64,000 nucleotides of DNA from Patescibacteria group bacterium. GTDB taxonomy: Bacteria; Patescibacteriota; Patescibacteriia; 2-01-FULL-39-33. The stretch covers positions 6,710 through 70,709 of the forward strand of contig JBAZQS010000003.1 of NCBI GenBank assembly GCA_041645075.1. Reading direction: 5' to 3'. The notes below the pieces were generated by a model, which had not been told where the DNA came from, did no database searches, and saw only the letters and a list, made by a program, of their open reading frames with translations. The number at the start of each line of letters is the position of its first letter. Within the stretch, counting starts at the first letter, position 1. Made by a program: the position numbers and the translations under genes. This document shows, piece after piece, positions 38,660 to 48,418 of this stretch.

Positions 38660-40792
38660 TTATCCTGTCCAATAAAATGCCATAATACTAAAATCCACTA
38701 AATCAACTTTGCCGTCGCCGTTAAGTCGTTCAATTTCAATCGGTTTGAATGTGGCGGAGAGCGGCCTTTTATACCAATACGCAGCAATGGAAAAATCAAT
38801 AAGATTCACCCGTTGGTCATTGTTTAAGTCGCCTTTTAAATATTTTGTTACTGGCGCAGCCGCGACATTTTTCGTGCCGACCTTAAAACCTATCATCCCG
38901 CTGAAACCGGATACGGCAATATTGCCGATAGAGGCCTTGGATTTTGCGTAGTAAGTGCCTAAAGCGACAAGACCGGAATCAAAATTATACAAATAGACGC
39001 CATTTTTGTCAGAAATTGTTTTGCCGAAAAACTCTTCTTCGGAATTTACCGAAACAACAATATCGGCCTGTGGCGCGCTTTGCCCAAAAATTGCGATATT
39101 GTCGCCGCGCTTAACTTCGCTTTTATCAACCGCAATGGTCGGGGCGATGAAAATTCCGCTGACATTGGTGGTGGCGCCGGCGGTAACACTCACGGGAAAA
39201 GTTAAAAGAGAAGAGCGGAGGCCTTTGCTATCCTCACCGTAAACGGCAAAAATATAATTACCGCCAGTTAAATTAGAAACGCTAATCTGAAAATTAGCAT
39301 CGGCGCCGGCGATTGTCGTTGCCGCCACTTGGGCGTCTTTGAGCAGAGTGACAGAACTTTTCGGATAAGCCCGGCCGCTAACATTGACTCTGGTTTCCAC
39401 GGCCGAACCTCCGCCCCCACCCCCCCCTCCTCCGGGAGGACTAACCGGCGGAGTAACAGTACCGGACTCTGCTGTAAATTGTTTCGTTGCTGCCGCCCAG
39501 TTAGTTTCAGCTAAAGCTCGCGCCTTAACTTTGAACCAATAAGTTCCCGCTGTTGGCACATTATTCAAAGTCAATGACAGGTTTATAAAGCTTCCGGCAT
39601 TTATGTATGCGGTAGCTGATCCGGAATCTACATCATCATTTCCACCACACAAATTACTTTCGCTGTTTACAATACAATAGACATAGTAGAAGTCGCTGTG
39701 TGAAGTTCCCTTGTTGTCAATTCTCACACTGGCGGTTATGGTCGGTATAACTTTATCTGTAATGTCAATTATTTGAACATCAGCCGGCGAGCTGGAAAGA
39801 TTCCAATAATCAGTTCGTTTAATCGTTTCCCCATTAACGACGACAGAAACGACTGTCTCCCAAACACCGCCGACGGCGCTACCGCCAATGCTATAGCTAT
39901 AACTGTAAGTTCCGTTTGAGTTCTTGGTCATAACGCCATTTGGCACTTGGACCGTTCCGGCAGAATCAGTAATAACCACTGTTGGCAGAGAATCAGCATC
40001 TGTTGGAATAGTCGCGTAATTTAGGACCTGCAATTTTGCTTTGTAAGCGGTGTTAACTGTGGTCTCTCCAAAGTCGGACAGTGTCACCGTCCAGCCGCTT
40101 TGAATTTTGGCAGCAAGAGTTGAAGTGGCAGTGTCAATATAAGATTGGGTGGCCAAGGAACCCGAATCAAGACCGGCACCAGTTAGAGTACGGCTAATCG
40201 ATGTCCAAACAGCTGAAGCCATGTCAGCCACTAAAGTACCAAACGAAGTGAGAGTTCGACCGCTAAATGACCAGATCGCAGAAGGAAGTGTGGCAAACAA
40301 ACTTGATGAAGCTGACGAAACAGCAGCGTTGATGTTGGCGCCAATGACCGCCGCCAGAGAAGATGTCGCTACTGTCAAACTTTCATCAACCACTCCTTTA
40401 ATTGTGCTAGTTGAGACCACTGACCAATCAACGATAAAACTTTTATCTACTATAACCAAGTCCCCCCTTGCTACCGCCCCACAAGTCATAACTGACGGCC
40501 AGACACCGGAAGGAGCATTCCCCGCCGTCGTATAATTATAGTAATGCCAGCCACTAGTACTTGCTGTCATTATTGTTGGTGGAACCTTCATCACATTAAG
40601 AGGGTCGGTTATTTCGATAGTGCAATCTGTCGTCGTCGCGACAAAATTATCATCAAAGACGAATTCGCCCAAGGTGACAGTATCGCCAGGGGCGATTTTT
40701 TGATAACTGGCATATACAAAATCAATCGCAAAAAAACTAAAAACTAAAAACAGCAAGATAAAACAGCTAAAAACTTTAAAAGAAAAATTCAT
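38660..40792 (-). CDS. Large secreted protein with C-terminal dockerin (type I-like duplicated Ca-binding repeats) and poly-Gly linker
   Basis: Signal peptide. ...GDLNNDQRVNLIDFSIAAY...LNGDGKVDLVDFSIMAF. PPGGGGGGGGGS linker. Confidence 0.6.
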   Translation of the reverse strand: MNFSFKVFSCFILLFLVFSFFAIDFVYASYQKIAPGDTVTLGEFVFDDNFVATTTDCTIEITDPLNVMKVPPTIMTASTSGWHYYNYTTAGNAPSGVWPSVMTCGAVARGDLVIVDKSFIVDWSVVSTSTIKGVVDESLTVATSSLAAVIGANINAAVSSASSSLFATLPSAIWSFSGRTLTSFGTLVADMASAVWTSISRTLTGAGLDSGSLATQSYIDTATSTLAAKIQSGWTVTLSDFGETTVNTAYKAKLQVLNYATIPTDADSLPTVVITDSAGTVQVPNGVMTKNSNGTYSYSYSIGGSAVGGVWETVVSVVVNGETIKRTDYWNLSSSPADVQIIDITDKVIPTITASVRIDNKGTSHSDFYYVYCIVNSESNLCGGNDDVDSGSATAYINAGSFINLSLTLNNVPTAGTYWFKVKARALAETNWAAATKQFTAESGTVTPPVSPPGGGGGGGGGSAVETRVNVSGRAYPKSSVTLLKDAQVAATTIAGADANFQISVSNLTGGNYIFAVYGEDSKGLRSSLLTFPVSVTAGATTNVSGIFIAPTIAVDKSEVKRGDNIAIFGQSAPQADIVVSVNSEEEFFGKTISDKNGVYLYNFDSGLVALGTYYAKSKASIGNIAVSGFSGMIGFKVGTKNVAAAPVTKYLKGDLNNDQRVNLIDFSIAAYWYKRPLSATFKPIEIERLNGDGKVDLVDFSIMAFYWTG

Positions 40793-40795
40793 AAA

Positions 40796-40827
40796 TTAGG
40801 GACTAGGGACTAGGTTGTAGGGACTAG
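40796..40827. repeat. Left arm of 32-bp inverted repeat (TTAGGGACTAGGGACTAGGTTGTAGGGACTAG) flanking the four-helix-bundle gene
   Basis: Pairs with 41228..41259. Confidence 0.7.
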
Positions 40828-40847
40828 AAACATTAGTAAATTAGCAA

Positions 40848-41216
40848 CTAGGGACTAGTATCATCTAGTTTTCTAGTCATTACATTTAACATTTTCATTA
40901 CTTCATTTAATAAATTATCTACTTCTTTAAAATTTATATTTTTGCCAAAATCCAATCTTTTCGCAATTTCTATTTGTGTTTCAAGTTCAGCTCCGGAACC
41001 AAAAGCGATTAATAAAAAATGTCTATAATCTTTTTTTGTTCCCCTTGTGTTTCCTTCTGATATATTGGAAGGGATAGAAACAGCGGCTCTTCTTATTTGT
41101 GATATTAATCCATATATTTCTGATTTTGGAAATAATTCTGTCAATTTATATATTGACACTACCAAATCCATTGATTTTTGCCAAACTATTAATTCTTTAA
41201 AATTTTTAACTTGCAT
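40848..41216 (-). CDS. Four-helix-bundle protein (23S rRNA intervening-sequence protein / bAvd-like family, TIGR02436)
   Basis: LIVWQKSMDLVVSIYKLTELFPKSEIYGLISQIRRAAVSIPSNISEG...FLLIAFGSGAELETQIEIAKRL. Confidence 0.75.
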   Translation of the reverse strand: MQVKNFKELIVWQKSMDLVVSIYKLTELFPKSEIYGLISQIRRAAVSIPSNISEGNTRGTKKDYRHFLLIAFGSGAELETQIEIAKRLDFGKNINFKEVDNLLNEVMKMLNVMTRKLDDTSP

Positions 41217-41227
41217 ATTTTTTAAAT

Positions 41228-41259
41228 CTAGTCCCTAGTCCCTACAACCTAGTCCCTAA
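41228..41259. repeat. Right arm of the inverted repeat (CTAGTCCCTAGTCCCTACAACCTAGTCCCTAA)
   Basis: Reverse complement of the left arm with internal block order swapped. Confidence 0.7.
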
Positions 41260-41380
41260 TTCATCTTTTTAACCATTTCCAGTTGTTAACAATTATACCA
41301 TATATATCATAACATTTACAGCTACCTGCACTGCAAAAAGATTTTTAAGTATGGTATAATAAAATTGAGAAAATAAAAAT

Positions 41381-41767
41381 ATGTTTTTACCAAATTCACA
41401 TTCTTTTTTGTTGGTAAAATCGGCCATTGCCAAGCCGGTTATTCAATCTGGTACTCAAGAATCTGCAATAATTTTGCCATCATCCTCACCATCAGATTAT
41501 AGGAGGAATTTGTTTTTACCAAATTCACATTCTTTTTTGTTGGTAAGATCGGCCATTGCCAAGCCGGTTATTCAATCTGGTACTCAAGAATCTGCAATAA
41601 TTTTGCCGTCATCCTCATCATCAGATTATAGGAGGAATTTGTTTTTACCAAATTCACATTCTTTTTTGTTGGTAAGATCGGCCATTGCCAAGCCGGTTAT
41701 TCAATCTGGTACTCAAGAATCTGCAATAATTTTGCCGTCATCTTTCTCGTCAGATTCCGGTAAGCCG
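41381..41767 (+). repeat. 3 x 129-bp tandem repeat, each unit carrying TGgTAAAAT extended -10-like motif and AGGAGG + TTG/ATG
   Basis: Units start at 41381 (ATG), 41510 (TTG) and 41639 (TTG). They are near-identical and the third diverges at its 3' end. Confidence 0.75.
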
Positions 41768-42376
41768 ACAATCGGCGATAAAAACAAAAGAACTTTTTTG
41801 AAAGTGGCTGGCATTGCAGGCGCCGGTCTTGTCGGTTCACTGCTTTTGCCTAAAAAGGCCTCGGCCTTGATAATGGGCAGTTCACCCACAACAGGAGTGG
41901 TCGGTGTCAAAAATTCAACCAACGCGAGAATCAACCCCGCTACAGAAGAAACGGTTAATTCACTACTTAAACCTTCAGATTTAAGTTTTGATACCGGATC
42001 TTTGAAAGTTAAGGTAACCTCTGTCTCTGGCGACGGCTCTAGTAGTTTTAGTAATTCGGGAGGCGTGGCCAAAAGCGGTCTGGTAGATGTTGACCGACAT
42101 GTTCAGGTGGACGTATTAACTTCGGGGTTACCATCATCGGCTTCAACAGAAACCACTCTGCAGACTATTTCTTTTGGTGGTTTTAAATTTACTCTTCGCC
42201 TGGCAACGGTTGGTGACATTGATTACGTGGGGGAAGCGTCAATTGGGACAGCCACTTCTGCCGCGTCATGGCGTATAAAAAAGATTGACAGTACTACTGG
42301 TATAATTATCCAATGGGCCGGTACGGGAGTTTTTGACCAAATATGGGATAATCGCGCTTCTTTAAGCTATAGTTAA
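41381..42376 (+). CDS. Small secreted protein with Tat-like signal (NKRTFLKVAGIAGAGLVGSLLLPKKASA); the N-terminal 130 aa are encoded by the tandem repeats (true start may be a downstream TTG)
   Basis: KR-variant twin-arginine motif followed by h-region and ASA cleavage site. Mature part Ser/Thr/Gly-rich. Confidence 0.5.
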   Translation: MFLPNSHSFLLVKSAIAKPVIQSGTQESAIILPSSSPSDYRRNLFLPNSHSFLLVRSAIAKPVIQSGTQESAIILPSSSSSDYRRNLFLPNSHSFLLVRSAIAKPVIQSGTQESAIILPSSFSSDSGKPTIGDKNKRTFLKVAGIAGAGLVGSLLLPKKASALIMGSSPTTGVVGVKNSTNARINPATEETVNSLLKPSDLSFDTGSLKVKVTSVSGDGSSSFSNSGGVAKSGLVDVDRHVQVDVLTSGLPSSASTETTLQTISFGGFKFTLRLATVGDIDYVGEASIGTATSAASWRIKKIDSTTGIIIQWAGTGVFDQIWDNRASLSYS

Positions 42377-42528
42377 ATCAAAATGGAAAAATCAAAATGG
42401 AAAATGATAATTAAATCAAAATTAAAAAATCAAATATCAAAATGATAGTACAAAACGATAGTGCAAAGTTTAAATAGGTAGAGGAAATGTAAATGCCATT
42501 TTGATTTTTGATATTTGATTTTTACATT
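42377..42528. repeat. Palindromic element A (ATCAAAATGGAAAAATCAAAATGGAAAAT ... CCATTTTGATTTTTGATATTTGATTTT), copy 1
   Basis: Starts right after the stop at 42376. A second copy is at 48419..48511. Confidence 0.65.
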
Positions 42529-42572
42529 AGCTAAGGTTATCCACAACACATGGCAATATATAATAATAGCAG

Positions 42573-42857
42573 ATGGTGTATAATAATAGCAGATGGTGTA
42601 TAATATATAGAGTAAGATTAATTAAAATGTTTAACAATATGGAAAAAGTAGTAAAATGCAGGGGATGTGGGCAATATTTTATGCACACAGAAAAAGCTAT
42701 AAAATGTCCATTTTGTCATACTGAATATGGTGAAGTTGAGGAAAAAGTTGAGGAAAAAAAAGGGACTGCAAAAACTCAAGTTGAGGAAAAAGCTAAGGAT
42801 AAAAAAGGGGTTGCAAAAACTCGAAAAGGATTTTTCAAAATTCGGAAAGATAATTAA
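42573..42857 (+). CDS. Hypothetical zinc-ribbon protein with Lys/Glu-rich tail (start probably at internal Met)
   Basis: CRGCGQYF...CPFCHTEYG. Preceded by 2.5 tandem copies of taataatagcagatggtgta, each with a TATAAT box. Confidence 0.35.
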   Translation: MVYNNSRWCIIYRVRLIKMFNNMEKVVKCRGCGQYFMHTEKAIKCPFCHTEYGEVEEKVEEKKGTAKTQVEEKAKDKKGVAKTRKGFFKIRKDN

Positions 42858-42890
42858 AAAAAGAAGTTATTATTATTAATAATATAAAAT

Positions 42891-45512
42891 ATGGCAGCAG
42901 TAGTAACAACAGATTATAGTATCGCAACAAACGGAGACATCCGTTATACCGGTACGACAACCAATAACACCGTTATTGAATTCCACCGTTGGCTCGGCGA
43001 TTTGATGGACGACGCCCTCGCTACAGGCAACGACCTCTTGGATATCACGGACGCGACCGCTTCAGAGCGTTCAACCGACAACATTATCACGCTAAAAGCG
43101 CCTTTTAACATTGACAATACGGTTGCGCAACATCTTTTTGATGGTTCCATTATTCAAACTAACGGCGATGAGATTTATGATGGTATCTTAGTATTCGCAG
43201 CAGCGGGTACTCCACTCCAAATTCTTCAGAATGGAAAACCTGCATACCCCAATTTTTGGGGTACAAGTATAAACGCTGATTCGGCAAACGGTATCTCGCA
43301 TCGCTTTATGTTGAAAGTAAAAACTGCCGCAGCTGATATTGATGGACGACGTTTGGTTGGACAAACAAGAGAGACGGGCAAAACCTACAGCGAATTTAAG
43401 ATTAACGGTACAGCCAGAGGTAACAACGTTCTCGCCCTTACCTATGCTACTGACTTGAACAACGCCACAGCAGAAGCGACTATTCGCGGGTGGACTACGA
43501 TTACAAATACAGAAGGCTACCGACTCTTGGATGTGGACAATAACAGCCTCACGGAGAACTACTATTCGGAATGGAATCGCGCTGCGCTTACAATCAACCA
43601 ATTCTTTGAAAGACATAAGTGGCTTACTCGTGAATCAACAGTAGAATCTTCAAATGCTAATTCCGGCGCGAGTAATTTCCAAGTAGCAAACGCGACTATT
43701 ATCGGGCAGAGCCAATCATTCGCCAATGGTGTAAACGCTCAATACCTTACTCGTGTGCGAGTAAAGATGAGGAAGGTCGAGGGGACTCCTGGCACTGTCA
43801 CTGGAAACCTTACCGCGAAACTCTACAATCATAGTGGGGCGACTTTCGGTACCGATTCTATCCCTGGAGTTACGCTTCACGCAACATCAGAGAATTTTGA
43901 TGTGGCGACTCTCACCACGGCGTATAAAGAATATGAAATTGCGTTCGGTACAGCAGGAGCCACAGCGCATTTTTTAATGGTGGCTTCTACAAATTATTGT
44001 ATTGCGTTTGAACATGCCGCTATTAACGGTTCAAACTATGTAGAGATACAAGGAGATGGGACTGCTGGCAACCACCCGGGTAACCGCGCCCAATTAGTAG
44101 CTTCGACCTGGACACCGACCGCGGCTGATAACCTTGACTTCAAAGTATACGCGTCTCCTAAGCAGTATGGCATTCGTGGTGAAATATTCCGCGGTATCAC
44201 CCATGAAGTTGTTGCAGATACTCCTTCAGCCGCATTCTCCGCGGTTGAAGCAATTTCATGGCCTGGCGGCACAGGACAATTGCTTGCAAGTGTCTTCCCA
44301 GACACAACCGCGACAGCTCTAAGCGTGAACGCGAGCCTCCAATTCGCCCGGGCTACTGGTAGCTTCATCACCGACGGCTTCCGGCCGGGCATGACGATCG
44401 TTTCGACCGTCTTCACCACTGGCGCGAACAACACGACCAAGATTATCTCGTCTCTCACCGCGACCACGATTACCGTGACGGACACGACCGGCCTCGTCCA
44501 AGAAGCGGCGGGCACGGATGAGCGAATTCGTGCTGGGCATATCTGGATGCAACTTCTGACTGGTATAGCACCAACAGATAATCAGACCATCACTGGCGGG
44601 ACTTCATCTACGACGGCCTTGATGAATGTCACCATTACAGAACGCACGCTTTCACAGCCAGCTGTGGGTGCTTCAACCGGTACGGCAATCATCGGATCGT
44701 ATGGACTTGGTGTTGAACCCATCCCAGACCTTAGTGCTTCCGATAAGGTAACTGACTTGAGTAATACTCTTCGTGTTCCTCCGAATAATGTTACATTCAC
44801 AGTTGCTGGGCTCGTATCTGGTGAAGATAGGGTGCTTGTTGCTCCTCTCGGGTATGAGTTTGCCTATGACACCGAAGCCGTCGCCAACTTCGCTCTCGGA
44901 GACTCTCTTACCTTCGGCACTCCGACAGGCACAGGGTATCTCTCACTGCTTCGTGATGACGGCACGACAGGGCGTATGCAGATACGACTTCTTTCCGGCT
45001 CCGTTCCTACTGATAACTCAACCATTACAAATGGTACCGCGACCGCACTAGTAAACGGCTCAGTAGTAGCGAGCGAAGACCCGCGACAGCTTATCTTGAC
45101 TGCAGTAGCACTAAGTGGTGGTGCAGTGACCACCGTACCCTGCACCACAGCTATCCCTACCGATACTCCTTCAGCGGCAGGAACTACTGGTTCTATTCGA
45201 ATACGGCTCGCAAGTGGTTTATTTCGTAATATTGCTTACACCTCATATTCGGGTAACGACTTTACCATTCCAAGCACGGACTTCTCAGCAGATAACGCCC
45301 CTGCAAGCACCAGCATCTTCATCGCCTATATTGATAAAGCTATTACTGGTGGGGCTACTACGGCAACATTCACCGGCGTGTATTCGGCAGACAGAAATTT
45401 GTTTGTGCGTGTCCGCGATGGAGCGTCTACACCGATTAAGACCTTTGAAACCACAGGTACGCTCGGCTCTGCAGGTGGTTCAGCTACCGCCATCAGAACG
45501 AGTGACGCATAA
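42891..45512 (+). CDS. Large (873 aa) Thr/Gly/Ala-rich protein without signal peptide; phage tail-fibre/receptor-binding-protein-like
   Basis: No SP/TM. Repetitive T/G/N-rich beta-type sequence. Codon composition is GC-elevated relative to the genome. First gene of the cassette bounded by the palindromic elements. Confidence 0.4.
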   Translation: MAAVVTTDYSIATNGDIRYTGTTTNNTVIEFHRWLGDLMDDALATGNDLLDITDATASERSTDNIITLKAPFNIDNTVAQHLFDGSIIQTNGDEIYDGILVFAAAGTPLQILQNGKPAYPNFWGTSINADSANGISHRFMLKVKTAAADIDGRRLVGQTRETGKTYSEFKINGTARGNNVLALTYATDLNNATAEATIRGWTTITNTEGYRLLDVDNNSLTENYYSEWNRAALTINQFFERHKWLTRESTVESSNANSGASNFQVANATIIGQSQSFANGVNAQYLTRVRVKMRKVEGTPGTVTGNLTAKLYNHSGATFGTDSIPGVTLHATSENFDVATLTTAYKEYEIAFGTAGATAHFLMVASTNYCIAFEHAAINGSNYVEIQGDGTAGNHPGNRAQLVASTWTPTAADNLDFKVYASPKQYGIRGEIFRGITHEVVADTPSAAFSAVEAISWPGGTGQLLASVFPDTTATALSVNASLQFARATGSFITDGFRPGMTIVSTVFTTGANNTTKIISSLTATTITVTDTTGLVQEAAGTDERIRAGHIWMQLLTGIAPTDNQTITGGTSSTTALMNVTITERTLSQPAVGASTGTAIIGSYGLGVEPIPDLSASDKVTDLSNTLRVPPNNVTFTVAGLVSGEDRVLVAPLGYEFAYDTEAVANFALGDSLTFGTPTGTGYLSLLRDDGTTGRMQIRLLSGSVPTDNSTITNGTATALVNGSVVASEDPRQLILTAVALSGGAVTTVPCTTAIPTDTPSAAGTTGSIRIRLASGLFRNIAYTSYSGNDFTIPSTDFSADNAPASTSIFIAYIDKAITGGATTATFTGVYSADRNLFVRVRDGASTPIKTFETTGTLGSAGGSATAIRTSDA

Positions 45513-45671
45513 TCCCCGTGGCATATAGCAAAATAATGAAAACCCCCGAGCTTACGCTCGGGGTGTCCAAATATAATTAGAATGCAATTGAAACTGTCGC
45601 GCTTGTTGAAATTGACAGCGTAAAAACCGTAATTATTAAAGGGGTTGAATAAGAATTATTGAATAAAAATT

Positions 45672-47492
45672 ATGGCAGTACCAGTATATACCATCCCCGA
45701 ACTCACCACGATGAATACGGGTGAGGCGACTACCAACTGGGCAGAGCCCGGAACGTGGCTGGGCGGAGGTCTACCTGTGGCTGAAACGGATTACTTCATT
45801 CAAGGAACGGGCTGTATCGATAAAACATTCAACGCCGTCGCTATCGGTGGCTTGATGTATAGCGCCGGGGCTCAAACAATTGCAAGCCCAAATGCCTACT
45901 TTGCGTGGGTGTGGTTCGGGTGTCCCAATGCCATTGATACATTAGCCAATGGCGGAATTCGATTGATGGTTGGGGACCTGAATACCGTCTTCAAAGCATG
46001 GTATGTCTTAGGTAGCAATACATATCAATATGGCGGATGGCGCTGTATTCCCGTTGATCCCAACACTACTGCGGACGCAACCATTGGTACACCCTCCGGT
46101 GTGTGGGCGTTTTTTGGGATGGCCGCAAGTGTCTTGAATGCCGTAGCCAAAGGTAACCCCTGCGCTATCGATGTCATTCGACACGGAAGAGGGACGCTTC
46201 AATCCGTAAGCGGTGAGGCAGCAAACTACGCCACCTTTGCAGGTGCGGCAGCACAAGACCAAAATGTAACCAACCGTTGGGGATTATGCCAGCTTATTGA
46301 TGGTACGGTTATCCAGCAAGGCCACTTCCTCATGGGCGTGGCCGCAACTGCTGTAGATTTCCGAGACAGTAATCGTGCAATTGTCATTGCCAACACCACG
46401 AAGGTTACCTCGACATTCAACCTGTTTGAGATTCGTAATGCCACTAGCCGAGTCGATTGGACTAGTATTTCGTTTACTGCGCTTGGCACGGTATCAAGGG
46501 GGGACTTCACAGTCACCGACAACGCTACCATCAATTGGATTGGTTGCACCTTTACCGATGTTGGATTGTTCGTTCTACAGGCGGCAACTATCGTTACGAG
46601 TTGCGTGTTCAGACGCACCGATAGAATCACATTGGCTGGCGCAACGCTCACAAGTTGTACGATTGATAATAATCGGGCCACAACGGCGGTTCTCGCGGCC
46701 ACCCCAGCAGGTGCTCAATTAGTTTCTGGCTGCACGTTCACCAGCGATGGCACGGGGCATGGGCTTGAGATCACCGGCGCGGCCGTCCCCGACATGACGC
46801 TGACAAATTGCACATGGACTAACTATACAGCAGCCAGTGGTGGCAATGAAGCAGTTTACGTGAACATCGCATCTGGCACTATGAACTTGAACATCAGTGG
46901 TGGCACCACTCCATCAGTACGAACAGCGGGGTGTAACGTAACGGTTGTCTCGGGTGCGGTAAATGTGACCATAAATGTAAAAAACTCAGCAGGAACTAAT
47001 ATTGAAAATGCACGAGTCTTTGTTAAGGCTTCGGATAATATAGGGCCATTCCCCTTTGAGGAAACTGTAACAATTAGTAACTCAGGAACTACCGCCACAG
47101 TGACACATACGGCCCATGGAATGACTACTAATGATAAGGTGGTTATTTCTGGAGCGACGTCTCCGACCTTTGATGCTAACAATGGGATATTCTCTATTAC
47201 CTATGTTTCGGATAACAGCTACACTTACGCCATGTTATCAGCACCGGGAGATGGCGCCGTGCCGGGAACTATTATAAGTACCTTTGTTGCAATAAGTGGA
47301 ACGACTAATGCAAGTGGTAATATATCAATGAGTAGGGTGTTCTTAACAAATCAGAATATCATTGGTTGGGTAAGAAAAACCTCAACTCCACCAACTTACA
47401 CTCCACCAAATTACAAAACCGGGCCGATTGGGGGTACAGTCAATTCAACTACGGGATTCACTGCCAACGTACAATTAATTTCAGACGACTAA
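45672..47492 (+). CDS. 606-aa protein with right-handed parallel beta-helix repeats (tailspike/pectate-lyase-like), no signal peptide
   Basis: Periodic CTFTDVG / CTIDNN / CTFTSDGTGHG / CTWTNYT coils, and Asn/Thr ladders. Confidence 0.45.
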   Translation: MAVPVYTIPELTTMNTGEATTNWAEPGTWLGGGLPVAETDYFIQGTGCIDKTFNAVAIGGLMYSAGAQTIASPNAYFAWVWFGCPNAIDTLANGGIRLMVGDLNTVFKAWYVLGSNTYQYGGWRCIPVDPNTTADATIGTPSGVWAFFGMAASVLNAVAKGNPCAIDVIRHGRGTLQSVSGEAANYATFAGAAAQDQNVTNRWGLCQLIDGTVIQQGHFLMGVAATAVDFRDSNRAIVIANTTKVTSTFNLFEIRNATSRVDWTSISFTALGTVSRGDFTVTDNATINWIGCTFTDVGLFVLQAATIVTSCVFRRTDRITLAGATLTSCTIDNNRATTAVLAATPAGAQLVSGCTFTSDGTGHGLEITGAAVPDMTLTNCTWTNYTAASGGNEAVYVNIASGTMNLNISGGTTPSVRTAGCNVTVVSGAVNVTINVKNSAGTNIENARVFVKASDNIGPFPFEETVTISNSGTTATVTHTAHGMTTNDKVVISGATSPTFDANNGIFSITYVSDNSYTYAMLSAPGDGAVPGTIISTFVAISGTTNASGNISMSRVFLTNQNIIGWVRKTSTPPTYTPPNYKTGPIGGTVNSTTGFTANVQLISDD

Positions 47493-47510
47493 TCAATTAG
47501 AAAAAATAAT

Positions 47511-47756
47511 ATGGATGAAGTAACAGCCAAAGAAGAAGCCAAGGAAATAGCCATCGCGCAACTAAATAAAAGGAATACCGAGACCGTGGAGGTTGTTTTG
47601 CGCGTCATGCAGAAAGAAATAACCGAGTTGAAGATTGTCGTCGCCAGCTTGAATAATACCATGGGGGGATTAATTGAACGGCAGAATCAGTTGGAGCAGA
47701 AAATAAACATTCAGAAGGTCCAGCTCATGGGATTAGGCCCAAGTGTCAAAGAATAA
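47511..47756 (+). CDS. Small coiled-coil protein (81 aa)
   Basis: Heptad-like EITELKIVVASLNNTMGGLIERQNQLEQKI. No TM. Confidence 0.35.
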   Translation: MDEVTAKEEAKEIAIAQLNKRNTETVEVVLRVMQKEITELKIVVASLNNTMGGLIERQNQLEQKINIQKVQLMGLGPSVKE

Positions 47757-47865
47757 TCTGATATGCCCAAAAGGCTTGAAAAGCCAAAAAGGCCAAAAAT
47801 GTCCAACCCTTCTCTAGTTTTTTAAGCATTTCCGGCCTTTTAGGCCTTTTGAGCTTTTCATTCAT

Positions 47866-48417
47866 ATGGCAATTTCAATAAACTGGCCAACCGGAGTGAT
47901 AACCGTACCAAAGGTGGATATGACGCTTGTTCAATCTACTCCTATTGAAATTAGAGAGTTAAACATCAATACCTTCCGCCTTAGATTAAAGGACTTGGAA
48001 GATGATGCAGAGGGTCAAGTTTGGGCGACAACCCACAATCACAATACGACAGTTTCAGTTGGAGGAGTTACACTTGCGCGAGTAGTTGAAATTATTAATG
48101 GATATACGGTGACTTTTGAGAATGGTACGTATGCTGTAAACCTCGTAGGCGCAAATTCAAATATTGGGGATGTTCTAAATCTTAATACTGTATCTATCAG
48201 GGCTGCAAATTCAGCAGGGCTTATCCAGGCGATGATATGGGATGAGCCAATTGCAGGCCATCTTACAACAGGAACAACCGGCAAAGCTCTATCTGATGCA
48301 GGCGGCGCGGGTAATCCGTGGTCAAGCACTATAACTGGCAATACTACTGCCGGGACATTTGGTGAATTAGTTGGCAAGAAGCTTTTGACTATAGCTAAAT
48401 TTTTGGGACTTAAATAA
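47866..48417 (+). CDS. Hypothetical protein (183 aa), beta-rich, no signal peptide
   Basis: ORF with cassette-like composition. No motif recognised. Confidence 0.4.
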   Translation: MAISINWPTGVITVPKVDMTLVQSTPIEIRELNINTFRLRLKDLEDDAEGQVWATTHNHNTTVSVGGVTLARVVEIINGYTVTFENGTYAVNLVGANSNIGDVLNLNTVSIRAANSAGLIQAMIWDEPIAGHLTTGTTGKALSDAGGAGNPWSSTITGNTTAGTFGELVGKKLLTIAKFLGLK

Positions 48418-48418
48418 A

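Noticed and set aside
40848-41216. Diversity-generating retroelement (Avd homolog next to a large surface protein)
   Set aside because: There is no reverse transcriptase and no template/variable repeat pair in the neighbourhood. The flanking inverted repeats fit an IVS-like architecture better.
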